Assembly: GCA_035221665.1 (NCBI GenBank)
Contig: CM069134.1
Location: 43,710,001 to 43,774,000, forward strand
Length of the DNA: 64,000 bases
Reading direction: 5' to 3'
Source: Okamejei kenojei
Lineage: Eukaryota
Below the pieces are notes generated by a model. That model worked only from the letters and a program-made list of their open reading frames with translations, was not told the origin of the DNA and did not search any database. Below are positions 26,376 through 38,799 of the stretch, piece after piece; positions within the stretch are counted from its first letter, which is position 1; every line of letters starts with the position of its first letter. Both the position numbers and the translations under genes were made by a program.

Positions 26376-26391
26376 AACAATGGCCCAACAG

Positions 26392-26700
26392 GGGCAGCAC
26401 AGAGGCCAGCGGTAGAGTTGCTGCCTTCCAGCGCCAGAGACGCAGGTTCAATCCTGACTCCGGATGCTGTCTGTATGGAGTTTGTAGGTTTTCCCTATAA
26501 CCTGCGTAGGTTTTCTCTTTGAGTCCTTCGGTTTCCTCCCACACTCCAGGCGTACAGGTTTGTAGGTTAATTAGGGTGTTGTAAATGTCTAATTGTCTCT
26601 AGTGTGTGAAGGATAGTGTTAATGTGCGGGGATCGCTGGTCGGCGTAGACCCGGTGGCCCTAAAGGCCCGCTTCCACGCTGTATCTCTAAACTAAACAAA
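26392..26700 (+). mobile_element. HE1-type SINE
   Basis: cagcggtagagttgctgcc...ggttcaatcctgac...gtatctctaaactaaac. Confidence 0.9.
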
Positions 26701-26857
26701 AAAAAGTAGATGTTGCTCGGTCCATCATGGGTACTGACCTCCACACCAATCACGTGATCTACAGGAGGTGCTCCTCTGCAAGAGGCATCTAATATCATCA
26801 AAGGCCCACCTCACCTAGACCATGCTCTCATCTCAGTTACCATTGGGAAGAAGCACC

Positions 26858-27800
26858 TCATGTAGATCCTGTTTCAAAAACAATTATAACCAGGCACTTT
26901 TGAAGCACAAATGTTACTTGCCAGTTACTAACAAATGCCCGAATGTTGTCCATGGCTTGCTGGATGCATACATGGACTGCTTCATTTTCTGAGAAGCTGC
27001 AGACAGAACTGAATAACATGCAAAAATCAAGCAAATTAGCCCACTCCTGGCCTGGTGATGGAAGGAAAGTCATTGATGAAGGAGCTGAAATTGATTGAGT
27101 CTGGGACACTGTCCTGAGAAATTCCTGCACTGGTCATAAGTTCATAAGTGATAGGAGTAGAATTGGGCCATTCAGCACATCAAGTCTATTGCGCCATTCA
27201 ATCGTGGCTGATCTATCTCCTACTCCCAACCCCATTATCCTGCCTTATCCCCCATAACCTCTGACACCCATGGTCTTCAGAGATGTTCTGGGCCTGTGGA
27301 TGATTGACTTCCAACAACCACAGCAATCTTCCTTTATACCAGGCATTATCCAACCATTGTGTAGGAAGGAACTGCGGATGCTGGTTTAAACCAAAGAAAG
27401 ACAAAATGCTGGGGATCACTGTAGATCATCGTTGTTACCCTTTCCCTGATTCTACATTACAGTCTATAACTCGTTTCCCTTTCCCCAAACCTAAAAAGTC
27501 ACCCATTCATTCTGTCCAGAGATGCTGCCTGTCCCGCTGAGTTACTCCAGCATTTTGTGTATTTTATCCAACCATTGATGTGTCTTTCTCTTGATCCAAT
27601 TGACTGCACTTTTACCAGGACTCCTCAATGCCACACTCAGTCAAATGCTACCTCAATCAAATTACTCTCACCTCAGATTACTACCCAAATTACTCTCACC
27701 TCCGTAATTCAACACTTTGTTCCTTGTTTGGACCAAGGCTGTGATGTGGTCTGGAACCAAGTGGTCTGTGAAGATTCATTCCTCCTCTTTTTACACTTTC
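26858..27800 (-). mobile_element. Old CR1-like LINE RT remnant with nested CR1 tail and Penelope unit
   Basis: ORF 26858-27130 gives QQAMDNIRAFVSNWQVTFVLQKC (RT thumb motif). Nested pieces at about 27135-27270 and 27360-27570. Confidence 0.55.
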
Positions 27801-28019
27801 ACTAAAGATTCAGAAACCCTTGGATGAATGATTCTTGTTTCCCTTGTAGAAGGTTTGTTTTCTACAGACAATTTAAGTGTAAGATTACAGTCAAAGTCTT
27901 TCAAGTTTATGCACAGATATTGCTGGAAACTTACAGTCTGTAACAGGGCCTGGGCTTTGGACACAGCGCTTTGGACACTCCTGCCCGCCCCTTACCAACC
28001 AAAAGCACACTGATTATTA

Positions 28020-28322
28020 ATTTAGTTTAGTTTAGAGATACAGTGCGGACACAGGCCCTTTGGCCCACGAAAGCCACACCGACCAGCGATCCCCGCACAT
28101 TAACACTATCCTACACACACGAGGGACAATTTAGAACTCATACCAAGCCAATTAAACTACAAATCTGTACGTGGGAGTGTGGGAGGAGAACAAAGATCTC
28201 GGAGAAAACCCACGCAGGTCACTGGGAGAATGTACAAACTCCAGTACAGCACCCACAGTCAGGATCAAACCTGGGTCACCGACGCTGTAATACAGCAAAC
28301 CTACCGCTGCACCACCATGCCG
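28020..28322 (-). mobile_element. HE1-type SINE
   Basis: tttagtttagtttagagatacag...ctaccgctgcaccaccatgccg (reverse A box). Confidence 0.9.
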
Positions 28323-28756
28323 TATTGAGCAAAGGCTTCCTTAGAGCGTAGAGCGAAGGTTTCCAGAATTATCTGAAACTGAATAGGAATAATCCTTGGC
28401 TCATTGACATCCAGTGTCAACAAGCGCACCAGGCATCTAATCAATCATCAATAGAAGTGCACTTGAACACAACAGACATGATTGAGCACTCAGATTACAG
28501 ACTCTGCTATAAGCCTGGTTCTAAATTTCAATCAATAGTCATGTAGTATAAGAACCAATTCATCAGAACAAATACCTTACCTTGTAAATCAAAAATAACC
28601 GCATACTCCTTCACAAGAAAAATAAATATCAGTTTACACCTAAATACTGTGGCCCCAGCTCCTAACTGAATATCCTGTCTCACTTCCCAACTTCTGCTTT
28701 CTCAGTTATATAATGAAAATCTCTTCTATGGAATATCGAAGCAGGATTGGTTAGAC

Positions 28757-29068
28757 TAGAGTTTAGAGACACCGCATGGAAACAGTCCTTTGGCCCATCT
28801 AGCCCATGCCAGCCGTTGATCCACCATTCATACTAGTTCCATCTTATCCCACTTTCTCATCCACAACCTACCCCCACAGGGCAATTTACAGAGGCATTTT
28901 CCAATTAAACTACAAACCCGCACATCTTTGGGATGTGGGAGGAAACTGGAGTGCCCAGAAGAACCCGCGCGGTCACAGGGAGAACATGCAAATTCCACAC
29001 AGACAGCAGCCGAGGTCTGGATCAAACCCGTGTCTCTGGTGTTGTGAGTTCTACCAGCTGCACCACCC
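28757..29068 (-). mobile_element. HE1-related SINE variant
   Basis: gtttagagacaccgcatggaaacag...gggatgtgggaggaaactggag...ctaccagctgcaccacc. Confidence 0.8.
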
Positions 29069-29859
29069 AATCATGTACAACAATGCAATAACTTTAGATT
29101 AGTTTAATTTTAATTTTAAATTGTCACATATGCTGAGGTACAGTTAAAAACCTACTCTGGATATTATCCAGTTAAATCATACCATACACAAGTTCAATCA
29201 TATACAAGTAAAAGAGTTAAATGATTGTAAGTAGATCCCCTTCTGGGACAGCATCCATAGAGTCACCATGTTCCAGCACCAGTTTATAACATTAAAGTTT
29301 CAAGTCTGAAAAATCTGATCTGGGCCTATGGAGATATACAATTTCTTACGTCCTCACTTTAAGGCGTGATGTCCTGTCGGCACTGGATTGACGGTGTAGG
29401 GATCAGCTTGGCCCAGTTTAACAGTGCTTGCTCCTTCCACATCACTCCATGCAGCTGCAGGGCTGCCAACTCTCACGCTTTGAGCGTGAGAATCACGCAT
29501 TTGGCCAAATTCTTGCGCTGATCACAAATCTTTCACACCCTGTTGTGAGAAATTCTGTGATCAACGGAAATTTCAAAACTCATATAAACTGCATGGGCCG
29601 CGTGTGTTGGAGAGTCGGGGCCGAGGGAGGGATGGAAACAGAAGCAGCGGCGGGGACAGATGCGGGTTGCCGGGGCTAATGAGTGTTTGCGGGGCTGGCG
29701 AGTGTTTGCGGGGCTGGCGAGTGTTTGCGGGGCTGGCGAGTCGCTCGCTGCAGTTCCGGCCATGGAGCAGCCTCAGTGCAAGGGTCCCGGGCAGTCGGAG
29801 GCGTCGGAAGCATTGTGCTGCTGCTGTGAGAGTCTCTGTGCCAAAGGGACAGAGACTCT

Positions 29860-30900
29860 CAAAGGGAGGGGAAGAGAGAGAGGTGAAGGAGACAGGGTGG
29901 AGAGAGATGGGGGGAGTGAGAAGAAAGAGAGGGGGGGGTAGAGAGTTAGGGGAAAGAGGGGGAGAGAGAGTTTGGGGAAAGAGAGGGGGAGAGAGAGTTA
30001 GGGGAGAGAGAGGGGAGAGAGAGAGGGAGAGGGAGAGGGGAAGAGGGGAGGGGGAGAGAGAGAGGAGAGAGGGGGCAAGAGAGAGAGGGGGGAGAGTGAG
30101 GGGGGAGAGTGAGGTGGGAGAGGGAGGGGAGGGAGAGGGAGAGGGGGAAAGAGAAGGGATGAGAGAGAGGGGAGGAGAGAGAGAGGGGTAGAGAGGAGAG
30201 AGAGGAGGGAGAGAGAAGTGTGAAGAGAGGGAAGGGGAGAGAGAAGAGTGAAGAGAGGGAAGGGGAGAGTGAGGGGGGGAGACAGGGGAGAGAGAGAGGG
30301 GGTTTGAGAGGAGAGAGGGAGAGAGATAGAGGGGGAGAAAGAGGAGAGAGAGGGTGGGAGAGAGAGGGAGAGAGAGAGGGGTAGAGAGGAGAGGGGGAGA
30401 GAAGAGAGGGGAGAGAAAGTGAAGAGAGGAAAGGGGAGAGAGAGGGGGGAGATAGGGAAGAGAGTGGGGTGAGAGGAGAGAGAGGGAGAGATAGAGGGGG
30501 AGAAAGAGGAGAGAGAGGGGAGAGAGGGGGGAGAGAGAGGGGAGAGAGGGAGGGAGAGAGAGAGGGGGGGGGAGGGGGGTGAGAGGAGAGAGAGCGGAAG
30601 AGAGGGGGAGTGAGGNNNNNNNNNNNNNNNNNNNNNNNNNNNNNNNNNNNNNNNNNNNNNNNNNNNNNNNNNNNNNNNNNNNNNNNNNNNNNNNNNNNNN
30701 NNNNNNNNNNNNNNNNNNNNNNNNNNNNNNNNNNNNNNNNNNNNNNNNNNNNNNNNNNNNNNNNNNNNNNNNNNNNNNNNNNNNNNNNNNNNNNNNNNNN
30801 NNNNNNNNNNNNNNNNNNNNNNNNNNNNNNNNNNNNNNNNNNNNNGAGGAGGGGGAGAGAGGGGGGGTAGAGAGAGAGGGGTAGAGAGAGAGAGGGGTAA
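29860..30900. repeat. Polypurine (GA-rich) tract containing an assembly gap
   Basis: Almost pure G/A on the plus strand. Confidence 0.95.
30616..30844. other. Assembly gap (N run)
   Basis: Run of n. Confidence 1.
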
Positions 30901-31389
30901 AAAGGCAGGGCTGCGAACTTTCATGCATTGAGCGTGAGAATCACGCATTTCGCCACATTCTCACGCTGATCACAAATTTCTCACGCTCTGTCGTGAGAAA
31001 TTCTGTGATCAACGAAAATTTCAAAATTCATATCAACTGCATGGGCCAGATTGGAAGCAGAAGCAGCAGCGGGGACAGATGCGGACAGGGAGCGGGGCTG
31101 GCGTTTGCCGAGCTGGCGAGTCGCTCACTGCAGCTCCAGCCATGGAGCAGCTTCAGTGCAAGAGTCCCAGGCCGTCGGAGGCGTCGGAAGCATTGCGCCA
31201 CTGCCGTGAGAGTCTCTGTGCCAAATTCGCCCTGGTGACCGGCATGGATCAGGCTGCGGCTCGGTGCATCCTGGAGGACAACCAGGCACTGGGTAGAAAG
31301 GGTGGAAGATAGTGGCCTTGAAACGGGAGTGGTTGGAGAAAGCATCCTGCTTGCCTGCTCGATTTTCACTTACTGAAACTGCAGGATAA

Positions 31390-31718
31390 ATGGTCCCGAT
31401 GTTGGGGGAGTTCAGAACCAGGGGTCACAGTTTAAGAATAAAGGGTAGGCCAGTTAGGACTGAGATGAGGACAAACTTTCTTCACGCAGAGAGTTGTGAA
31501 TCTGCGGAATTCTCTGCCACAGAAGGCAGTGCTGGCCAATTCACTAGATGTTTTCAAGAGAGTTACATTTAGTTCTTGGGGCTAACGAAATCAAGTGATG
31601 TGGGGAAATAACCAGGAGGTACTGATTTTAGATGAATAGCCATGATCATATTGAATGGCACTGTTGGCTCAAAGGGCCAAATGGCCTATTCCTGCACCTA
31701 TTTTCTATGTTTCTATGC
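31390..31718 (+). mobile_element. CR1/HER1 3' fragment inside the hAT-like element
   Basis: PMLGEFRTRGHSLRIKG; tail ttttctatgtttctatg. Confidence 0.9.
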
Positions 31719-33044
31719 TTGAGTACATGGCAATAAAACTTGATCACTTGATTTTGAAGCATTCATGCCTGGTGGAGGTATAATGTAGTCCTAGAGTGAC
31801 ACAGTGTGAAAACAGGCCCTTCGGCCCAACTTGCCAACATGTCCCAGCTACACTACCTACTTTTGGTCCATACCTCCAAACCTGTCCAATCCACGCATCA
31901 GTCTAACTGTTTCTTAAATGTTGGGATGGTCCCTGCCTCAACTACCTCCTCTGGCAGCTTGTTCCATACACCCACCACCCTTTGTGTGGAAAAAGTTACC
32001 CCTTAAAAAGTTACCTCTTAAAAATTCTTCATACAAAAAACATTGAAATCATACTTCTACAATGCACTAAAACATGATTTTAATACATCAAATTTCAAAA
32101 AATTCCAATCCTGGGAGGAGGGACACCCCCCTTCCACACCCTCTCCCCACACGGTTTCTCCACTCCCTCACCGGGTACCCCCAAGGCCAGTGATCAGTGA
32201 TCGCTCAGCCTCCCCACTTTCAAAAACACTCGCCGCTCCTGGTTCAGACGGAGAACACTGCCAGATGTGAGCGGGCAACTGAGGCCAGTTGTCCGTGATT
32301 TCTGGATCCCAATGCTCAGCGCTTCATGTTTCGGAGTTGGGCTAATGTTATTGATTTGTAATTAGTTGACAAAACCTTAATTTATTAATCCGGAATATCC
32401 AGGGGGATGGGGTAAGTGTAATATCAAAATGTCATGCAAGGTGTCAGGTTGTCTGTCACAACATACAGCCCCGATAACCGATTATTTTCTTCAGTTAAAT
32501 ATTGGGAAGGTAGCGCTATTGTCATTTGCCACTCAACTATTATGTTTGTTTATCTCACTGACTATATCTAAACCTCCCCCCCCCTCCCACACAATTCCTT
32601 TGACAGGTTGAATAGAAATGTCCCCAATCTCGTTGTTTTATTAATTGAACACGTAGATGAACATCCTCAAGAAGTGTAATCAGATGGAAACTGATTCAGA
32701 TGTGATATTTAAGAGCTTGCTCAAAGAAGGAGCATATTTTAAAGGAGTGACAGAATTACTTGCAGGGGAATGTGTGAGGAGATTATTATTTGCCTTTAGT
32801 TTTAGCTTGAACCAGGACATCTGAAGATTCAAAGTTTAATATAGTAATTGTGCTGATACTGACCCCAACCAAACACGTTATGAATATCATCCATTTCGGA
32901 GGTTTTACTTTTATGATGCCATTTAAACTTCACTTGGATTTCAATCACTTCAAAAGTAATTGGGAATGGGGAGCACTGGAACAAAAATTTGCCCTTGGTA
33001 CATATTAACTGTAATATAATAATGTATGCATATTCAAGAAAAAG

Positions 33045-33346
33045 GGGGTCACAGTCTAAGGATAAGGGGGGAATTCCTTTAGAACCGAGATATGGAAAAC
33101 ATTTTTCACACAGAGAGTGGTGAGTATCTGGAATTCTCTGCCACAGAAGGTAGTTGACGCCAGTTCAGTGGCTATATTTAAGAGGGAGTTAGATGTGGCC
33201 CTTGCGGCTAAAGGGATCAGGGGGTATGGAGAGAGGGCAGGTACAGGATACTGAGTTGGATGATCAGCCATGATCATATTGAATGGCGGTGCAGGTTCGA
33301 AGGGCCGAATAGCCTACTCCTACACCTATTTTCTATGTTTCTATGT
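33045..33346 (+). mobile_element. CR1/HER1 3' fragment
   Basis: gggtcacagtctaaggataagg...cctattttctatgtttctatg. Confidence 0.9.
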
Positions 33347-34877
33347 TGGTATGTGCAATCAAAACAATTTTTTTTTTTCATTTTGTGTCATGAATATCAC
33401 AGAAAATAATATGTACTCTCAAGATCACATTAAATAGAATATTATTGCTTAAATCTATAGTTATTGAACTTTGCATTTCGGAAAAGTCCCAGCTGAGAGG
33501 AAGACAGCAAAATACTGAAAATATTGGGGGTGAAAATGACGTCAGAACAATTTGTTAGGAAAATGAAAGAAATGGTAACAGAATGCTTATTCAGCTGAGT
33601 GAGTATAATTTTATGGATGAGAAATTGTGTTCAACCAATTTTTGACTTATTTGACAAAGTAACTAGCATGTTAGATAACAAGGAAGCCAATGGATGTAGC
33701 AAATTTTGTTACACATAATTTGGTCTGTCAAATGCCCCATAAAAGATTACCACATTAGATAAGCACCTGTGGACTTGAATGTAATAGGTTAAGTCCAGGG
33801 GGTCAGATATGCGGCTTTATGTGTGGGCCAGATATATTGTCAGTGCTGAGGGGCTAGGAGCAAGGCCAAGTGTGCATCCAGAGTCAAGGTCTGGAATAGT
33901 ACTAGGTGTGCAGTCAAAGCTGGGACCAGGGGAGTGTACAGCACTGGGAACCTAAGCAGGTAAGCAGCTATGATCAGGGAAGAATAGGGGGCCAGGTATA
34001 AGGCTGGACTCAGGGTCAGGAATGAGAGAAGGTATGCAACTGGAGTCAGGGTCAGGAGTAGTACCAGGTGTGCAGTGAGACCCACGTTGGTCAACATGGG
34101 CCACGTGTTTGATTATAATCTGATTTCCATACATGAATACACTAAGATCATTCATGTGCTGCACGTGTTGATCAGAGCCTGGGCTCTACTGTGCAATGTA
34201 TTTACGAATATAATTTAGTCTAACCTTATTCATAGCTAATCCAATTTAAAGCATATATATTCCTTTCAAGTGTCAGTTAAAAGACTCGCTACAGTATGCA
34301 CCATATTGCACAATTTCAAGCTGAAAAATGCGAAAGCTCCGTACCAATGGTAGGGGGGCCACCTTTCTCCCACACCCCCTCCCCCCGGTCGCTACACTCC
34401 CTCAGGCTTGGTCTCTCGTAATTTCTCACTCCCAGCTCTCACCCAATGTTGGCAGCCCTGCAGCTGCCCCAGGCCGTGCCCAATCCCCTCATTCACCTGG
34501 CTGCTTCCACCAACACCACAGCCCACGACCGTAGCAACCTCGCCATGCATCGCCTCCCGCTGCTGCCCCTCTGCTTCCTTGCGCCGTGGTCGCCATTTCC
34601 ACTTCCCGAACTGACTACAGAACTTTAGCGCACTTTCCAAGGGCTAGGTCGGTCATATGTTCACAGCCACAGACCACCCCCTGCACTTTCTACTGCCACC
34701 ATCTTGAGGTAATGTAGTAATGTAGTAACTTCCATATTCAACGCTCCGTACCAACCTTATTCTATGTTTAATATTTTCCAGCTTGTACCGGAGGGCAATT
34801 GACCCACAACGCAGATGCAGCTTGACAGGCTAAGTTCTTCCAGCATTTCCTTTCCTTTCCTACTTTGACGTCCAGCA

Positions 34878-35430
34878 CAGAAACATAGAAAATAGGTGCA
34901 GGAGGAGTTCATTCAGCCCATCGAGCCAGCACCACAATTCGTTGTGATCATGGCTGATCATCCACAATCAGTAACCGTGCCAAGAAGGGTCTCGGCCCGA
35001 AACGTCGCCTATCTCCTTCGCTCCTTAGATGCTGCTGCACCCGCTGAGTTTCTCCAGCTTTTTGTGTACCCTCGATTCTCCAGCATCTGCAGTTCCTTCT
35101 TTAAAACAGTAACCGTGCCTGCCTTCTCCCCATACCCCTTGACTCCACTAGCCCCTAGAGCTCTATCTTACTCTCTTTTAAATTCATCCAGTGAATTTGC
35201 CTCCGCTGTCTCCTGTGGCAGAGAATTCCACAAATTCACAACTCTCTGGGTGAAAACGTCTTTTCTCATCTCAGTTTTAAATGGCCTACCCTTTATTCTT
35301 AGACTGCGGCCCACTGGTTCTGGACTCCCCCAACATTGGGAACATTTTTCGACATTTTTCCTGCATCTAACTTGTCCAGTCCTTCTATAATTTTATATGT
35401 TTCTATAAGATTCCATTTCGTCCTTCTAAA
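34878..35430 (-). mobile_element. CR1/HER1 3' fragment interrupted by a Penelope-derived unit
   Basis: cagaaacatagaaaataggtgcagg tail; the sequence continues after the 34982-35106 insertion. Confidence 0.9.
34982..35106 (+). mobile_element. 125-bp Penelope-derived insertion with 13-bp TSD
   Basis: cagtaaccgtgcc at 34969-34981 and 35107-35119. The insert starts aagaagggtctcggcccgaaacgtc. Confidence 0.9.
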
Positions 35431-36509
35431 ATCTGCAGCTTTGTTGTAAATAGTGTGAATCGGGATCTACTATCTGGAATATTCAGTGACTACATTCGCA
35501 ATTTAATTAAAACTAATCAAGCATCAATTGTTCCACTGCAAACTCAACATAAATCCCACAGCAGATCATTCAGAATGGTTTAACAGGAAAAAGCAATTTC
35601 AAGCTCAATACCTGCTTCCCTTTGATGTGCAACAAAGAGAAAGAGAATGGAGACACAAAGAAGTATAGCAACCGTTTGCTAGGTAAAGTATTACACCTCA
35701 GAAACAATAAAGAGAGTCCACGAGCTCTTCCCTCAATAGTATTCCCATGTTCAATGTTTGAACCTTGAAGTTCCTTGCTTTTCTATTCAATTTCTTTGTC
35801 CAAATTTATACTCGTTCCCTCCAATATTCTTTAGGTCAGGCTCTGAAGGGCAGCTTTTCTGAGATGCGAAATTAGGTACCTTTATCACAAAGGGGGGGGG
35901 GGGGAGAGAGAGATGGTTTATAATATATGACCTATTATATTGTGTTTACAGGTCTGTTCTGTTGCTGTAAGAAAGAATTTCATTGCTCCATTATCGGTAC
36001 ATTAGACAATTAACGTTCATGACTCTCGAGTCCAGCCATCGTATAAGCACAGTCATCATAGAATACGATTGTTGTATCTTTGATTGAAACAAAATGCATA
36101 ATATTGAGCTGAGTGATACCAGCAACATTTCGAAAAGGGGCACACACGCATGATGATAGCTCTATGAATAGTTTCAGGTGTCTTTCAGAATGATTCATAA
36201 TTAACAGAATAGTTATTTATACCACAGCCGCTGCAAGCGTTAAAGTTACATGGCAATGTCATACTTTCATTTTAGAATAAAGGGGAAAGCAGGACTTTGT
36301 TCATTCCCAAAAAAATACAGGGCTTTGTTATTTGAGGTGCACAATACATCAATCAAATCGAAGTTGAACAATGTCAACAATAATATATTGTTAAGAGATA
36401 ATGCAGCCATCTTTTTGTTAATTCACAACAAATAATTGTCTGTTAAATCAAAGTTGCCAATTTCTATTATAAGCAAATAAGGCTTCATGAACACACAAAA
36501 AGAGTTGTG

Positions 36510-36735
36510 CAGGGAGGAACTGCAAATGTTGGTTTACACCGAAGATAAACACAAAATGCTGGAATAACTCAGCGGGTCAGGCAGCCTCTCTGGAGAAAAG
36601 GAATAAGTGACCTTTCAGGTAGAGACCCTTCTTCAGACTTCTTCTTGGCCATAAATGTCACCAAATCCTTTTCCCCAGAGATGTTGTCTGGCCCGCTGAG
36701 TTACTCCAGAATTTTGTGTCTATCTTCAGACTGAA
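36510..36735. repeat. Inverted dimer of Penelope-derived terminal unit
   Basis: ggaactgcaaatgttgg...gagacccttcttcagac, then the reverse copy tgtcacc...gagttactccagaattttgtgtc. Confidence 0.8.
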
Positions 36736-36758
36736 AATTATTGGAAAATTAAGTGCAG

Positions 36759-38799
36759 TGTGGCGTCAGCTGATAGACCACTTATGGTCGAACCCTCGTC
36801 AGTGGTTACGAGGGCTGTCACGTGAGGTCATGGGTTAAGGGAAGTTTCCTGCTTACTTAAGCATATATCACCTTGAGATCACTGGAGTCGACAGGTAGCT
36901 GAGCTCGAGACAACACCTTTGCTCAGCTATAGCAGTAATGACACTTATTTTATTGGACCAATCTTGCATGTAACACCTGAATAAAGCAACTGTTTATTCA
37001 CTATGTTTGGTGCCGCTACATTGGTGACCCCGACTATCCAAATTGGAATTTTGGATTTCTCCCGTCGCACGCAGCCTCGGGAGTCCTGATGTCTGCAGCC
37101 GACTGCCCAGCCCTGCAGAATGACGCTTCCGCCAACCCGGCCCTATCGTAAGGTATGCCGCAGGCCGCCCGGGTCAAGGGGTATGGTCCGGGCCTTGTGT
37201 GACGGCCGCCAAGCTCTCCCTCATGACCCGCTCAGAGCCAACCACTGGGGCTGAGAGACCGCGGCTGCAGTCGCTCCCCCACCAGCCGCTGCTCACCGGT
37301 GCTGAGAGGATGCGGCTGCTGTCGCTCCCATACCAGCCATCACTCCACCACCAGCTGCTGCAAGAACTGCTAGTGGAGCAGCCCCCAGCAACACCGCTGG
37401 CCACCTGATGGTCCTGGGAGCGGGTAGAGAGCGGGCCCGCCCATTACCCCGCCGGCTGCTGCTCATGGCCTAGCCACCCGATAGGGCGGGCCTACCTGGG
37501 GCGGCTGCCCGAAGGCGTCCTTCTGCTCCTCACCGTTGTGGACCCCGAAGATCCCTGGGCGCTGGCTGCCCATTCGGCCCAGCAGCGGGGTGGAGCCTCG
37601 GCCAGTCGAGAGTTGGCGGTCCTGTGATGGATTCCCCGCCAGCTTCCAGCCTACACTGAGGGCGCGGTCACCATCGCACAGCCGGTCCCTACTTGCAGCA
37701 GTGGGGCAAGGCCCGTCGATGTTGGCCGCCCTGCACTCATCTTGAATCGCCTTTGAAGGCCATCCGAGCCGGCCGCCAAGATGGACGCCGCGGCCTACTC
37801 ACCTGGACATGCCCTGACTGCAAAAATTGCCGCCGTGGCCAGGCGGAAGAGACGCTCGACCTTCCCTGAATGCCGTCAACAACGCCACCTTCAGGTTGGC
37901 TGCCGTCACTGCAGCCTGACCTCCATCCACAGCGCCACCTTCCGGCCGGATGCCATTGCTGCAGCCTGACCGCTGGCAACAGCGCCACATTCAGGTCAGA
38001 GGCCTTCACTGCAACCTTCATTCCAACTCCAGTATTCCAGCACAGCTTCCCATCCTGCACCATGGACACCAGACAATTTGAATTTTCCTACCACTTTGTA
38101 CTTGATTGCTCACTGTAGTTTGTTTTGTTTCTTTTCACTTTGTTTACACTGTATCACCATGCTGGGTTTAGCATCAGTCTATTTATTTATTTGTTTATTT
38201 ATTTATTTATTCTTCTTTGTTTGCATTGTTGCCGGCATCTCCCAGCTGTTGCTGGATGCCGTATTACCCAGGACACTATCCCCTGCTGGTCGAGGAGATG
38301 CGACTGTGTCTCATCCATCCGGCGGCTTTTGCATTGGTCTCCTCATACCCCTCGGCATACTGCCGAGATGGCCCACAGCTGGAGCGTCGACTGCGCCCGC
38401 AGGCCCCACCTTCCTGACCCATGGCCGGGGTGCCTCTGACCCACAGCAGGAGCTGCCCTCGACCATGCTTGCACAACTTCTTGTAGACGGTTGGCGCATT
38501 CTATTCCTTCCTCCGGTTCTGGGGCGGGGGGTCCTGTGGCATCAGCTGATAGACAGACCACTTATGGTCGAACCCTCGTCAGTGGTTACGAGGGCTAGAA
38601 CGTGACATCATGGGTTAAGGGGAGTGTCTTGCTACTTAAGCATATCTCACCTTGAGATCACCGGAGTCGACAGGTAGCTGAGCTCGAGGCAACACCCTCG
38701 CTCAGCTACAGCAGCAATGACAATTATGTTAGTGGACCAAACTTGCATGTAACACCTGAATAAAGCAACTGTTTATTCGCCACGTTTGGTGCCGCTACA
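36759..38799 (+). mobile_element. Non-autonomous LTR retroelement (Gypsy-like), complete with both LTRs
   Basis: LTRs 36759-37020 and 38535-38799 (TG...CA). TSD gcag at 36755-36758 and 38800-38803. PBS after the 5' LTR and purine tract ggggcgggggg before the 3' LTR. No gag/pol recognisable. Confidence 0.92.
37022..37034 (+). promoter_or_regulatory. Primer binding site complementary to tRNA-Trp
   Basis: tggtgaccccgac matches the first 13 nt of the tRNA-Trp PBS (TGGTGACCCCGACGTGAT). It lies 1 nt after the 5' LTR. Confidence 0.85.

Larger units (their letters stand above)
29458..34460. mobile_element. Composite non-autonomous hAT-like element (about 5 kb, spans a gap)
   Basis: Terminal cagggctgccaac / gttggcagccctg. 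cagctg on both flanks (29452-29457, 34461-34466). The left-end sequence is repeated at about 30907-31225. No transposase seen. Confidence 0.6.

Noticed and set aside
29573-30948. Longest ORFs in the track (451 aa, 316 aa, 195 aa)
   Set aside because: They are translations of a GA-rich simple repeat and an N gap, not genes.
38078-38605. 175-aa ORF with a hydrophobic stretch, as a possible env-like gene of the LTR element
   Set aside because: The hydrophobic part comes from a (ttta)n low-complexity tract, the frame runs into the LTR, and there are no env motifs.
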